Origin: Anaerolineae bacterium | Lineage (GTDB): Bacteria > Chloroflexota > Anaerolineae > S140-20 | NCBI GenBank assembly: GCA_027021705.1 | Contig: JALUTT010000005.1 | Location: 1 to 64,000 of the forward strand | Reading direction: 5' to 3' | Length of the DNA stretch: 64,000 bases | In this document: piece by piece, positions 28,088 through 38,283 of the stretch | Position numbering within the stretch: position 1 is the stretch's first letter | Layout: every line of letters begins with the position of its first letter | The notes under the pieces: model-generated | The model's database searches: none | What the model saw: only the letters and a program-made list of their open reading frames with translations | What the model was told of the DNA's origin: nothing | Program-made: the position numbers and the translations under genes

Positions 28088-30553
28088 ATGGCAACACGAC
28101 AGGTTACCCTGCCCGTCCAGGGCATGACGTGCGCCTCCTGCGTCAGCCACGTCGCCCATGCTCTGGAAAAGGTGCCGGGAGTGGCCCAGGTCCAGGTCAA
28201 CCTGGCGACCGAGAAGGCCACCGTCACGTTTGATAACGGCCCGGTCCCCCTGACCGATCTGATCCAGGCGGTTCGGGAGACGGGCTACGATGTTCCCACC
28301 GAGACCGTCACCCTGCCCATCGGCGGGATGACGTGTGCCTCCTGCGTCAGCCACGTTGAGCATGCGCTGAAAGGGGTTCCTGGCGTCCTCGACGCCGTCG
28401 TCAACCTGGCCACCGAGAAGGCCACCGTCACCTTCATCCCCGGCGTCGCCGGCCTGGCCGACTTCAAGCGGGCCGTGGCCGAGACAGGCTACGAGGTGCT
28501 GGAGGTCCCGGAAGCCGGCGCGGTGGGTGAGGAGGAGGAAGACGAGGCCGAGCGGAAGATGCGGGAGGCCCGCTTCCGCATGCGGGTCGCCTGGATCTTC
28601 ACCGTGCCCATCATCCTCTGGATGTTCGCCGAGATGTTCTTCGGCATCCTCTGGCCCAGTGCGACTCTCTACAACCTGGGGGTGATCCTCCTGGCCCTGC
28701 CCGTGCTCTTCTGGGTGGGTTGGCGCACCTACCGGAGCGGCTTGGTGGCGGTACGTCACGGCTACGCCAATATGGACACCCTCATCGCTCTGGGCACCGG
28801 CGTCTCGTTGCTCACCGGGCCGGCATCCTTCTTCTTCCCCGTCGCTAACTACGCCGGTGTCGCCGCGATGATCATGGCCTTCCACCTGACCGGGCGTTAC
28901 GTGGAGGAGTCGGCCAAGGGACGGGCCTCCCAAGCCATCCGCAAGCTGCTGGAACTGGGGGCCAAGACCGCCCGCGTCATCCGGGATGGTCAGGAGGTTG
29001 AGGTCCCCATCGAGGATGTCCAGGTAGGCGATGTGATGGTCGTCCGCCCCGGCGAGAAGGTCCCCACCGACGGCGTTGTCCTCGAGGGAGAGAGCGCCGT
29101 GGACGAGTCTATGGCCACCGGCGAGTCCATGCCGGTCAACAAGCGACCTGGCGACGAGGTGATCGGGGCTACCGTCAACCAGGAAGGGTTGTTGAAAGTG
29201 CGGGCCACCCGCGTGGGCAAGGACACCTTCCTGGCCCAGGTGATTAAGCTGGTCGAGGAGTGCCAGGGTTCCAAAGTCCCCATCCAGGAGTTCGCCGACC
29301 GCGTCACCGGTGTCTTCGTCCCCGTGGTCATCGGTATCGCCGTCCTCACCTTGCTGGCCTGGATCGTCGCGCCGAGCGCGATGCAGCCCCTGGTCCGGGC
29401 AGGTACCTTCCTACCCTGGGTGAACCCAGACCTGGGGGTCGTCACCCTGGCCATCGTCTCGATGGTTGCCGTGCTGGTCATCGCCTGCCCCTGCGCCCTG
29501 GGGCTGGCCACCCCCACAGCGCTGATGGTGGGCAGCGGAATGGGCGCCGAACACGGTATCCTCATCCGCAGCGGTGAGGCCATCCAAACCCTGAAGGATG
29601 TCCGCGTCATCATCTTCGACAAGACCGGGACCATCACCAAGGGGAAGCCCGAGGTGACGGATGTGGTGGCGGTCAACGGCTTCGACCAAGCCGTCGTGCT
29701 GGAGACGGCGGCGGCGGCGGAGCGGGGCAGCGAGCACCCGCTGGGCCGAGCCATCGTCGAGCGGGCCCAGGCCGAGGGGCTGGCCCTGGCCGAGCCCCGA
29801 GAGTTCCAGGCTATCCGGGGCAAGGGGATCGTGGCCTCGGTCAACGGGAACCGGGTGCTGGTTGGCTCCCGCCGCTTGATGGAAGAGCACGGCCTAGATC
29901 CGACGCCGCTGGAGGAGACGCTGCGCCAACTGGAAGAAGAAGCCAAGACGGCTATGCTGGTGGCCCTGGATGGCCAACTGGCCGGCGTCATCGCCGTGGC
30001 CGACACGCTGAAGGAGGATTCAGTGGCCGCCATCCAGGAACTGCGACAGATGGGGCTGGAGACGGCGATGATCACCGGCGACAACCGGCGCACCGCCCAG
30101 GCCATCGCCCGCCGGGTGGGCATTGACCACGTGCTGGCCGAGGTCCTGCCCGATGGCAAGGTCACCGAGGTGCAGAAGCTCCAGGAGCGGTTCGGCCTGG
30201 TCGCCTTCGTGGGTGACGGCATCAACGACGCCCCTGCTCTGACCCAGGCCAACGTGGGCATCGCCATCGGCACCGGCACCGACATCGCCATCGAGGCCAG
30301 CGATGTGACCCTGGTGCGGGGGGAGCTGACCGGCGTCGTCGAGGCCATCAACCTGAGCCGGGCCACCTTCCGCAAGATCAAGCAGAACCTCTTCTGGGCT
30401 TTCTTCTACAACGTCGTGATGATCCCGCTGGCGGTCATCGGCTGGATGCACCCGGTGCTGGCAGAGGTTGCGATGGCTACGTCCTCCATCACCGTCGTCA
30501 CCAACGCCAACACCCTGCGCCGCGTGGACATTCGGCCCAGCTATCTCAAGTAG
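28088..30553 (+). CDS. copA: Cu(I)-transporting P1B-1 ATPase
   Basis: Two GMTCASC HMA domains, TGES, CPC, DKTGT, SEHP, GDGIND, YN in TM7 and MATSS in TM8. Confidence 0.93.
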   Translation: MATRQVTLPVQGMTCASCVSHVAHALEKVPGVAQVQVNLATEKATVTFDNGPVPLTDLIQAVRETGYDVPTETVTLPIGGMTCASCVSHVEHALKGVPGVLDAVVNLATEKATVTFIPGVAGLADFKRAVAETGYEVLEVPEAGAVGEEEEDEAERKMREARFRMRVAWIFTVPIILWMFAEMFFGILWPSATLYNLGVILLALPVLFWVGWRTYRSGLVAVRHGYANMDTLIALGTGVSLLTGPASFFFPVANYAGVAAMIMAFHLTGRYVEESAKGRASQAIRKLLELGAKTARVIRDGQEVEVPIEDVQVGDVMVVRPGEKVPTDGVVLEGESAVDESMATGESMPVNKRPGDEVIGATVNQEGLLKVRATRVGKDTFLAQVIKLVEECQGSKVPIQEFADRVTGVFVPVVIGIAVLTLLAWIVAPSAMQPLVRAGTFLPWVNPDLGVVTLAIVSMVAVLVIACPCALGLATPTALMVGSGMGAEHGILIRSGEAIQTLKDVRVIIFDKTGTITKGKPEVTDVVAVNGFDQAVVLETAAAAERGSEHPLGRAIVERAQAEGLALAEPREFQAIRGKGIVASVNGNRVLVGSRRLMEEHGLDPTPLEETLRQLEEEAKTAMLVALDGQLAGVIAVADTLKEDSVAAIQELRQMGLETAMITGDNRRTAQAIARRVGIDHVLAEVLPDGKVTEVQKLQERFGLVAFVGDGINDAPALTQANVGIAIGTGTDIAIEASDVTLVRGELTGVVEAINLSRATFRKIKQNLFWAFFYNVVMIPLAVIGWMHPVLAEVAMATSSITVVTNANTLRRVDIRPSYLK

Positions 30554-30604
30554 CCTGCCCACACGCTACGCCATCCGCAACAGGCCACACAGGGGAGAAT
30601 CTCT

Positions 30605-31366
30605 ATGCGCCTTCTGGCCATCATCTCGGGGGAGTACGGTCGGCGTCACGTTGAGAACATTCGCACCCACGGGCCCTCCGACTGGACCGTGGAGGTCTGG
30701 CAGGCCCCGGCCATCCTGCCCCCCATCGTGGACTACCCGGAGGAGTTCGTCCCGGAGACGCTGCCGCCGACCGATCTCGTCCTCTCCTTTGGGGAGAAGC
30801 CGGGCATCGCGGAGCTGCTCCCCGAGGTGGCCCGGGTCACCGGTGCCCGGGCCGTCATCGCCCCGGTGGACAGCGAAGCCTGGCTCCCCCGGGGGCTGGC
30901 TCGCCAACTGCGTCGCTGGCTTCAAGAGATGGGGGTGGCCTGCGTGACCCCCAAGCCTCTCTGCTCGCTGACCGAACGCGACTACCAGATCGCTCGTCGG
31001 CAGCGGATCGAGTACGACGATCCGCTCATCGCCGCCTTCGCCCGCCACTTCGGCCGGCCAGACCTGCGTATCACGGTGGACCCGGAGACCCGGCGGATCA
31101 CTGCCGTCGAGGTGCAACGGGATGCCGTCTGTGGGTGCGCTCGCTACGCAGCCCAGGGATTGATCGGCGTGGATGTGGATGAGGCGGAACAGAAGGCCGG
31201 GATGCTGCACCACCACTACCCCTGCCTGGCCAGTATGGGGGTGGACAGTGACTACGACGACACGCTGATGCACATCTCGGGCAACCTGCTCCGGGACAAC
31301 GTCGCTGCCCAGGTCAAGCCCTTCACCCGCGTCCGCTACATCCAGCCAGGGGTGCGGAGCGAGTAA
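30605..31366 (+). CDS. DUF166-like protein
   Basis: GEYGRRHVENI, PKPLCSL, FGRP, RDAVCGCARY and HHHYPCLASM recalled as DUF166 features. Confidence 0.65.
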   Translation: MRLLAIISGEYGRRHVENIRTHGPSDWTVEVWQAPAILPPIVDYPEEFVPETLPPTDLVLSFGEKPGIAELLPEVARVTGARAVIAPVDSEAWLPRGLARQLRRWLQEMGVACVTPKPLCSLTERDYQIARRQRIEYDDPLIAAFARHFGRPDLRITVDPETRRITAVEVQRDAVCGCARYAAQGLIGVDVDEAEQKAGMLHHHYPCLASMGVDSDYDDTLMHISGNLLRDNVAAQVKPFTRVRYIQPGVRSE

Positions 31367-31368
31367 GG

Positions 31369-32352
31369 ATGGCCACCGAGCGTCAGATCAGCGTATTCGA
31401 CCGGGCGCTCAAGATCATTGCCCGTCACTATGCCGACACCTTGCTAGACCTGGCCTTTCCCGATCTGCCGGTCCGGCTGGTGGGCACGGAGGAGAACGTG
31501 GAACTTGCCCTCCCTGCGCGGAGGGTGGACTTCGCCCACCGGGTTGAGCACGAGGGGGAGGAGTACCTGCTGCACATCGAGTTCCAGTTGAAGCACGAGG
31601 CCGGCCTGCCCCGGCGGATGCACCTCTACCACGCCCTGCTGGGTGAGCAGTTCGGCCTGCCGGTCCTCTCGCTGGTGCTCTACCTGCAGCCGCGTCAGGG
31701 GCCGCTGCCCCAGGCCTATGAGGTGCGGCTGGGGGGGCAGGTGGTCAACCGGTTTCGCTATCCGGTGCTGCGGCTGTGGGACCACGTGGAGGAGATACGG
31801 CGGGGGCGGTATCGGGAGTTGGCGCCGCTGCTGACGATGCTGGTGGGGGAGCCGGACGAGGGGGTGCTGGAGGTGGAGCGGGCGCTGATCTTGGAGGAGC
31901 CGGACCCTCGGAAGCGGGGCGATCTGCTGGCGTTGGCGGTGGCGATTGCGGCCCGCTACTTTGACAAGGGGTTTCTGTGGCGATTCTTTCGCGAGGAGGT
32001 GGCGATGATGCGCGAGGCGTCGTTCATCGAAGATTGGATCGAGGAAGGGATTCAGGAAGGGTTCCAGAAGGGAGTCCAGCAGGGGCTCCAGCAGGGGCTC
32101 CAGCAGGGGCTCCAGCAGGGGCTCCAGCAGGGGCTGCGGGAGGGGCTGCTGGCCGGCATCGAGCTGGGGCTGGAGCTCAAGTTCGGTGCCGAGGGGTTGA
32201 AGCTGATGCCGGAGATCGCCCGCATTGAGGACCCGGCCATCCTGCGGACGGTGCACGAGGGGCTGAAGGTCGTGACCTCGCCGGAGGAACTGCGCGGCCT
32301 CTACGAGCACCTGCTGCCTGCCTCGACCCCAGAAGAGAGCGGGCACCCGTGA
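31369..32352 (+). CDS. Rpn/YhgA-like PD-(D/E)XK nuclease family protein
   Basis: RRVDF...LLHIEFQ...LPRRMHLY catalytic motifs; C-terminal EEG/QQGL repeats followed by LELKFG. Confidence 0.75.
   Translation: MATERQISVFDRALKIIARHYADTLLDLAFPDLPVRLVGTEENVELALPARRVDFAHRVEHEGEEYLLHIEFQLKHEAGLPRRMHLYHALLGEQFGLPVLSLVLYLQPRQGPLPQAYEVRLGGQVVNRFRYPVLRLWDHVEEIRRGRYRELAPLLTMLVGEPDEGVLEVERALILEEPDPRKRGDLLALAVAIAARYFDKGFLWRFFREEVAMMREASFIEDWIEEGIQEGFQKGVQQGLQQGLQQGLQQGLQQGLREGLLAGIELGLELKFGAEGLKLMPEIARIEDPAILRTVHEGLKVVTSPEELRGLYEHLLPASTPEESGHP
32005..32352 (+). CDS. Putative internally translated small Rpn C-terminal protein (RpnS-like antitoxin)
   Basis: AGGAGGT at 31994..32000 precedes in-frame ATG ATG at 32005 and 32008. 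Confidence 0.55.
   Translation: MMREASFIEDWIEEGIQEGFQKGVQQGLQQGLQQGLQQGLQQGLREGLLAGIELGLELKFGAEGLKLMPEIARIEDPAILRTVHEGLKVVTSPEELRGLYEHLLPASTPEESGHP
32077..32136 (+). repeat. 12-bp coding tandem repeat (CAGCAGGGGCTC)x5 encoding QQGL
   Basis: Four perfect copies plus one ending in CTG. Confidence 0.95.
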
Positions 32353-32489
32353 CGCTGGCGACCTGCTCCTCTCCTCCCAGGGCCAGGTAGATGGCGAGCC
32401 TGTCCGGAGTCGTGGCCACGGCGACCCAATGCGTTGTGCTCAGGTCTATCCACACAGCATGAGGACCAGATACACGGAAGGAGGTACAG

Positions 32490-32687
32490 ATGGCACAGGT
32501 CAAGGATGTCGTTTGCGGGATGATGGTGAACCCGGAGACAGCTCCGGCGAAGACGGAGTACAAGGGGGAAACCTACTACTTCTGTGCGCCGGGCTGTAAG
32601 GTGGCCTTCGAGAAGGACCCGGAGAAGTACCTGAAGGGTGAGGGCGGCGGGATGCACGCCGGCCACCACGGCCACCACGGCCACTAA
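32490..32687 (+). CDS. YHS-domain protein with His-rich tail
   Basis: KDVVCGMMV, YKGETYYFCAPGC, FEKDPEKY, tail HAGHHGHHGH; AAGGAGG RBS. Confidence 0.9.
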   Translation: MAQVKDVVCGMMVNPETAPAKTEYKGETYYFCAPGCKVAFEKDPEKYLKGEGGGMHAGHHGHHGH

Positions 32688-32726
32688 AGGCCGACCTGGG
32701 GAATCCGTGTTCAGATCCGAGGGATG

Positions 32727-32761
32727 GGGTAGGGGGCAGGTCTATGGCCTGCCCCCTACCC
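32727..32761. repeat. GTAG-type REP-like hairpin / possible terminator
   Basis: Perfect 14-bp arms GGGTAGGGGGCAGG / CCTGCCCCCTACCC. Confidence 0.7.
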
Positions 32762-32784
32762 ATACTTCTAGCCCCGATCCGCCC

Positions 32785-32833
32785 TTGACAAACCGGACAG
32801 GCTGTGGTAACATATGAGCCAACGTTCAAATGT
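32785..32833 (+). promoter_or_regulatory. Promoter with overlapping SmtB/ArsR operator
   Basis: TTGACA-17 nt-TAACAT; imperfect palindrome ACATATGAGCCAACGTTCAAATGT at 32810..32833. Confidence 0.75.
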
Positions 32834-32860
32834 TAGCCTGGTCACGAAGGGAGCACCGCA

Positions 32861-33229
32861 ATGGAAACCCGGAGGCGGGTTGGCGACCGATGCGAGGAGA
32901 TCAATGTGGACGAGGGGCGGGTCCGAGGAGCTCAGGAGAACCTGATTGATGGCCTGACCGCCACCCAACTGGCTCGAACCTTCAAGGCGCTCAGCGACCC
33001 CACCCGGGTGCGCATCATCTCCGCCCTCTCCCACAGTGAGCTCTGCGTCCACGAACTGGCGGCCTGCCTGGGAATGAGCCAGTCCGCTGTCTCCCACCAG
33101 TTACGGACCCTGCGGGAGATGCGCCTGGTCCGCTTCCGCAAGGAAGGCCGCCACGTCTACTACACCCTGGACGATGAGCACATCCACGACCTCTTCCACC
33201 GAGGTCTGGAGCACATCGAGCACAGTTGA
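32861..33229 (+). CDS. SmtB/ZiaR-like ArsR-family metal-sensing repressor
   Basis: FKALSDPTRVRI, ELCVHELA, SQSAVSHQLR, alpha5-type site DDEH...LEHIEH. Confidence 0.92.
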   Translation: METRRRVGDRCEEINVDEGRVRGAQENLIDGLTATQLARTFKALSDPTRVRIISALSHSELCVHELAACLGMSQSAVSHQLRTLREMRLVRFRKEGRHVYYTLDDEHIHDLFHRGLEHIEHS

Positions 33230-33271
33230 CGCAAAAGTATGGGTTGAGCAGGCTTTCTCTTTTTTGAGCCA

Positions 33272-33295
33272 ATATTTGAATATTCGTTCATATAT
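33272..33295. promoter_or_regulatory. Second SmtB/ArsR operator
   Basis: ATATTTGAATATTCGTTCATATAT (TGAA-N6-TTCA core), immediately before the ATPase RBS. Confidence 0.75.
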
Positions 33296-33307
33296 CAGGA
33301 GATGCTT

Positions 33308-35689
33308 ATGGATGAGTCTACCCTTCGCCTTGAGATCCCCCTGCTCCTGCCCGGTGTTGCCGACGAACGGGACCAGTGCGTCGCCCGCCTGCAGGAGCAG
33401 CTTGGACAGCGCAAGGAGATCAGCCAGGTCCACGTGAGACGGGAGGACGGTCGGGCCTGGCTCTGCATCCACTACGACCCTAATCGGGTCTCCCTCGCCC
33501 AAGTGAAGCGTTGGGCCCAGCAGGCCGGCGCCCAGGTGAGCGACCGCTACCGCCATGAGACGGTCCGCATCGTGGGGATGGACTGCCCGGACTGCGCTCT
33601 GAGCATCGAGCATGTCCTGGGCCGCCTAGATGGCGTGCTCAACGTCTCGGTCAACTACGCTGCCGAGAAGATGCGCCTGGAGTACGACAGCCAGCGCATC
33701 GCCCGTCAGGAGATCTTCAAGCGGGTGGCCTACTTGGGCTACGAGATTATCGAGGAGAAGCGGGAGGAAAGTTGGCTGCAGAGGCATCGGGAGCTGGTCC
33801 TGGCGATCCTGTCGGGCCTCTTCCTGCTCACGGGGTGGGCTGGCGAGCGCTTCCTGGGATTGCCGGCGCCTGGGGCCATCGTCCTCTACGGGCTGGCCTA
33901 CCTGACCGGCGGCTACGACGCCACCCGCCACGGCCTGAAAGCGGCCCTCAACCTGCGCTTCGACATAGACTTCCTGATGGTGGTGGCGGCCATCGGCGCC
34001 GCCGTGCTGGGCGACTGGGCCGAGGGAGCCCTGCTGCTCTTCCTCTTCAGTTTGGGCCATGCTCTGGAGCACTACGCCACCGACCGCGCCCGGGCGGCCA
34101 TCCGGGCGCTGGGCGAACTGACGCCCAAGACGGCTCTGGTGCAGCGGGATGGCCGTGAGGTCGAAATCCCTGTGGAGGAGGTATTGCGGGGCGACTTGGT
34201 CATCGTCCGTCCGGGCGACCGCATCCCGGTGGATGGACAGGTGGTGCGCGGTCGGTCGGCCGTGGATCAATCGCCCATCACCGGAGAGAGCGTGCCCGTG
34301 GAGAAGCAAGCGGGCGATGAAGTCTTCGCCGGCACCGTCAACGGCGAAGGCACCCTGGAGATCCAGGTCACCCGCCTGGCCCAGGAGACCACTCTCGCCC
34401 GCGTCATCCAGTTGGTGGAAGAGGCCCAGACCCAGAAATCCCCCTCCCAGCGGTTCACCGAACGGTTCGAGCGTATCTTCGTGCCCGCCGTGCTGATCGG
34501 CGTGGTCCTCGTCCTCACGCTCCCCCCCCTGACGGGCTGGCTGTCCTTCAAGGACGCCTTCCTGCGGGGGATGACCATCCTGGTCGCTGCCAGCCCCTGT
34601 GCCCTCGCCATCGCCACCCCTTCCGCCGTCCTTTCGGGCATCGCCCAGGCGGCCCGCAACGGCGTGCTGATCAAGGGGGGAGTGCACCTGGAGAACCTGG
34701 GCGCGGTGCGAGCCATCGCCTTCGACAAGACCGGGACCATCACCCAAGGCCGGCCGGAGGTCACCGACGTTGTGGCCAACCACCTGCCGGAGGAGGTGGT
34801 GCTGAAGGTGGCAGCCGCCGTGGAGATCCGCTCCAACCACCCCCTGGCCCAGGCCGTGGTCCGGGAGGCTCAGCGACAGGGATTGGAGCTGCCTCCCGCC
34901 GACAGCCTGGAGATCGTCACCGGACGGGGTGTCCGCTCATCGCTGGACGGTCGTCCGGTCCTCATCGGCAACCTGAAGCTGTTCGAGGCGGAGGGGCTCG
35001 CCGTCCCTGACAGCATCCGCACCCAGGTCGAGCGGCTGGAGGCGGAGGGGAAGACGACGATGGTCATCTACGGACCGGAACCGGCGGCAGACGGAGGGTG
35101 GGAGCGTTCTGATTTCCTGGGCCTCATCGCCTTGGCCGACGTCCCGCGGCCGGAGGCCCGGGAGACCCTGGCCCGCCTGAAGGCGCTGGGCATCCGGGAG
35201 ATGGTGATGCTCACCGGAGACAACGAGCGGGTGGCGGCAGCCATCGCCCAGACGGTGGGGTTGACCGAGGTTAGGGCCAACCTGCTGCCGGAGCAGAAAG
35301 TGGACGCCATCAAAGCCCTGCTGGCCCAGCACGGTCGTGTGGCGATGGTGGGCGACGGTGTGAACGACGCACCCGCGCTGGCCCAGGCCACCGTGGGGGT
35401 GGCGATGGGGGGAGCAGGCACCGATGTGGCCCTGGAGACGGCCGATGTCGCCCTGATGGCCGACGACCTGACAAAGCTCCCCTTCGCCGTGGGGCTCAGC
35501 CGTCAGGCCCGGTGGGTCATCCGCCAGAACCTGATCGCCTCGCTGGGGGTGGTCGCCCTGCTGATCCCGGCGGCCCTCTTCGGCTTGGTGGGCATTGGTC
35601 TGGCCATCCTCGCCCATGAGGGCAGTACGCTGGTGGTCGTGGCCAACGCGCTGCGGTTGCTGGGCTATCGAGACCGAGCAAGGAAGTAA
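33308..35689 (+). CDS. P1B-4-type heavy-metal ATPase (Co/Fe/Zn class)
   Basis: SPC in the TM site, HEGST in the last TM, DKTGT, GDGVND and an N-terminal GMDCPDC HMA domain. Confidence 0.88.
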   Translation: MDESTLRLEIPLLLPGVADERDQCVARLQEQLGQRKEISQVHVRREDGRAWLCIHYDPNRVSLAQVKRWAQQAGAQVSDRYRHETVRIVGMDCPDCALSIEHVLGRLDGVLNVSVNYAAEKMRLEYDSQRIARQEIFKRVAYLGYEIIEEKREESWLQRHRELVLAILSGLFLLTGWAGERFLGLPAPGAIVLYGLAYLTGGYDATRHGLKAALNLRFDIDFLMVVAAIGAAVLGDWAEGALLLFLFSLGHALEHYATDRARAAIRALGELTPKTALVQRDGREVEIPVEEVLRGDLVIVRPGDRIPVDGQVVRGRSAVDQSPITGESVPVEKQAGDEVFAGTVNGEGTLEIQVTRLAQETTLARVIQLVEEAQTQKSPSQRFTERFERIFVPAVLIGVVLVLTLPPLTGWLSFKDAFLRGMTILVAASPCALAIATPSAVLSGIAQAARNGVLIKGGVHLENLGAVRAIAFDKTGTITQGRPEVTDVVANHLPEEVVLKVAAAVEIRSNHPLAQAVVREAQRQGLELPPADSLEIVTGRGVRSSLDGRPVLIGNLKLFEAEGLAVPDSIRTQVERLEAEGKTTMVIYGPEPAADGGWERSDFLGLIALADVPRPEARETLARLKALGIREMVMLTGDNERVAAAIAQTVGLTEVRANLLPEQKVDAIKALLAQHGRVAMVGDGVNDAPALAQATVGVAMGGAGTDVALETADVALMADDLTKLPFAVGLSRQARWVIRQNLIASLGVVALLIPAALFGLVGIGLAILAHEGSTLVVVANALRLLGYRDRARK

Positions 35690-35693
35690 GCCT

Positions 35694-35993
35694 ATGAACC
35701 TGAACGCCTGGAGAGAACGGCTGACCCACCTGCGGGTGTGGGTCACGGAATTCATGTTCGGGGCCGCGATGTCGTGGGTGATGATGCCCCATATGCTGAA
35801 GCGGCGAGAGGAGCTGGAGCGCATCTTTATGCTGATGACCCTGGGAGAACTCACCGGGGTCTCCATCTCGCCTCCTTCCGGCGGTCTGCGGCTGCTCCCC
35901 TTCCTGGTCCCTCAGATCCTCTACTGGCGACGCCGACTGGCCCTGTGGGACGATGAGATGGAAGAGGTGGACTTAAAGCATATCGGCCACTGA
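35694..35993 (+). CDS. Small hypothetical protein
   Basis: 99-aa ORF coupled to the ATPase stop; motif ERIFMLMTLGELTGV..PP...LRLLPF. Confidence 0.65.
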   Translation: MNLNAWRERLTHLRVWVTEFMFGAAMSWVMMPHMLKRREELERIFMLMTLGELTGVSISPPSGGLRLLPFLVPQILYWRRRLALWDDEMEEVDLKHIGH

Positions 35994-36056
35994 GGGTGGG
36001 GAACGCGCCACAAGGGCTGAGGCCAGGGGGGAGGAACGAACGAGGAGCAGAGAACG

Positions 36057-38273
36057 ATGATCTTCAAGAACCTGTGGCGGCGGAAGATGCGCACCATCCT
36101 GACCCTGACCGGCATCGCTATAGGCGTCGCGGCCATTGTGGCGCTGGGGGCCATCGCCAACGGACTGGCGGAGCGGTTCGACGAGATGATCACCGCCGGC
36201 GGGGCGGAATTGACGGCGATGCAGGCAGGGGCGTCAGAAGCCTTCTTCAGCGCCGTGGACGCCGAGTTGGCCGACGCCATCGCCGCCGTGCCCGGCGTAG
36301 CCCGGGTGGAAGGCGTCCTGTTGGGAATCGTCACCACCCCCAGCACCCCCTACTTCCTGCTCTACGGCTACGACCCGACCGGTCAGGAGGTGGATCGCTT
36401 TCGGGTGGTCGAAGGGAGCGGGCTGAGTGCGCCCGGTGAGGTCCTGCTGGGTCGGGTGGCCGCCGACGACCTGGGGGTCGGACCCGGCGACAGCATTGCC
36501 CTAGGTGGCAAAACCTTCCACGTGGCCGGCCTCTACGAGACGGGGCGGATCTGGGAGGACGGTGGCGGCGTCCTGACGCTGGCCGAGGCTCAGGCGCTCC
36601 TCAGGAAGCCCGACCAGGTCAGCATCTTCCAGGTTTGGCTGGAGCCGGAGGCCGACATCGAGACCGTCCGGCAGCAGATCGAAGCCCAGGTCCCGGACGT
36701 CAGCGTCCTCCGGTCCAGCGAAGTGGCCGAGAAGACCGAGGACATCCAGGTGATCGGAGCGCTGGCCTGGGCCATCGCCTTCATCGCCGTCGTGGTGGGG
36801 GGCCTGGGGATGATGAACGCCATGCTGATGAGCGTCCTCGAGCGGACGCGGGAGATCGGTGCCCTGCGTGCCCTGGGCTGGCCCCGGTGGCGCGTCCTGG
36901 CGACGATCCTGGGCGAGGCCCTGACCCTGAGCCTGCTGAGCGGTGTGGTCGGCCTCCTGCTGGCCTGGGGGCTGCTGGCCTACCTGGGGAGCGTCCCCTC
37001 GGGCAAGCTGCTGCGTGGCGAGATCACGCCGGCCCTCCTCCTCCGGTCCCTGGGGGTGACGCTGGTCCTGGCAGGGGTGGGTGGCCTCTACCCCGCCTGG
37101 CGGGCAGCCAGCCTGACGCCGGCCGAAGCGCTGCGGGCCGAAGGGGGAAGCCTCCGTCCGGTCCCCCGCTGGATCCCCATCGCCGCCCTGCGCGATGCCC
37201 TCCGCAGCCGGACCCGGGGCCTGCTGACCCTGGGCGGGATCACGCTGGGGGTGGCCGTCGTCGTCGCCCTGGTCGGCCTCAGCGAGGGCTTCGTCAACCA
37301 GTACACCCGGTTGAGCACGGCCGACGATACCGACCTGGTGCTGCGCCAGGCGGCGGCGGCCGACCTCTCCCTCAGTGCTTTGGACGAAGAGGTAGGGGCC
37401 TGGCTGGCTGACCACCCTCAGGTGGCCGACGTGGCCGGGCAGATCATCGGCTTCACCAACACGCCCGCATCCCCCTACTTTCTCTTCTTCGGCGTCGAGC
37501 CTGACGCCTACATCACCGGGCGCTATCGGATCGTCGAAGGCCGGATGCTGCGCGGCGGCCGGGAGATCATCCTGGGCCGACAGGCATCCCGGGTGACGGG
37601 ACTGGGGGTGGGCGACACCCTCTCCCTCTTCGGCGAACCCTTCCCCATCGTTGGCATCTTCGAGACGGGGGTGCCCCTGCAGGATGGCGCAGCGGTGATG
37701 CCCCTCACCGAAGCCCAACGGATGATGCGCCGACCCGACCAGGTCAGCCTCTACTTCGTCCGGCTGCGAGACCGGGACCAGGCCGACCAGGTCATCACCG
37801 ACATCCAAGCCCGCTTCCCCCAGGTGCTCGCCTCCCGGGCCGCCGACTTCTTCGAGAACACCCAGGACATCGAGGTCCTGCGGGGCCTGGTCTGGGGGCT
37901 GGGGATCATCGCCCTGCTGGTGGGGGGCGTGGTGATGTTGAACACGATGGTGATGAGCGTCTATGAGCGCACGCGCGAGATCGGCACGCTGCGGGCCTTG
38001 GGCTGGAGCCGCTGGGCAGTGCTGCGCAAGATCGCCGGCGAAGCCCTGGCCCTCAGCATCGGCGGTGGGCTGGTGGGGCTGCCCCTGGGGCTGGGATTGG
38101 TCGAACTGGCGCGGCTGGCCCCGGCCGGCCGGCTGCTCATCGGAGGGGCCTTCACGCCGGCCCTGCTGGCTCAGACGCTGGCGCTGGCCATCGGGCTGGG
38201 GCTGGTCGGCGGGCTCTACCCTGCCTGGCGGGCAGCCAGCCTGACGCCGGCCGAAGCGCTGCGATACGAATAG
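36057..38273 (+). CDS. MacB/FtsX-type ABC permease with two tandem units
   Basis: Two copies of MxNxMxMSVxERTREIGxLRALGW and of GGLYPAWRAASLTPAEALR. Confidence 0.9.
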   Translation: MIFKNLWRRKMRTILTLTGIAIGVAAIVALGAIANGLAERFDEMITAGGAELTAMQAGASEAFFSAVDAELADAIAAVPGVARVEGVLLGIVTTPSTPYFLLYGYDPTGQEVDRFRVVEGSGLSAPGEVLLGRVAADDLGVGPGDSIALGGKTFHVAGLYETGRIWEDGGGVLTLAEAQALLRKPDQVSIFQVWLEPEADIETVRQQIEAQVPDVSVLRSSEVAEKTEDIQVIGALAWAIAFIAVVVGGLGMMNAMLMSVLERTREIGALRALGWPRWRVLATILGEALTLSLLSGVVGLLLAWGLLAYLGSVPSGKLLRGEITPALLLRSLGVTLVLAGVGGLYPAWRAASLTPAEALRAEGGSLRPVPRWIPIAALRDALRSRTRGLLTLGGITLGVAVVVALVGLSEGFVNQYTRLSTADDTDLVLRQAAAADLSLSALDEEVGAWLADHPQVADVAGQIIGFTNTPASPYFLFFGVEPDAYITGRYRIVEGRMLRGGREIILGRQASRVTGLGVGDTLSLFGEPFPIVGIFETGVPLQDGAAVMPLTEAQRMMRRPDQVSLYFVRLRDRDQADQVITDIQARFPQVLASRAADFFENTQDIEVLRGLVWGLGIIALLVGGVVMLNTMVMSVYERTREIGTLRALGWSRWAVLRKIAGEALALSIGGGLVGLPLGLGLVELARLAPAGRLLIGGAFTPALLAQTLALAIGLGLVGGLYPAWRAASLTPAEALRYE

Positions 38274-38283
38274 GAGGCAAACG

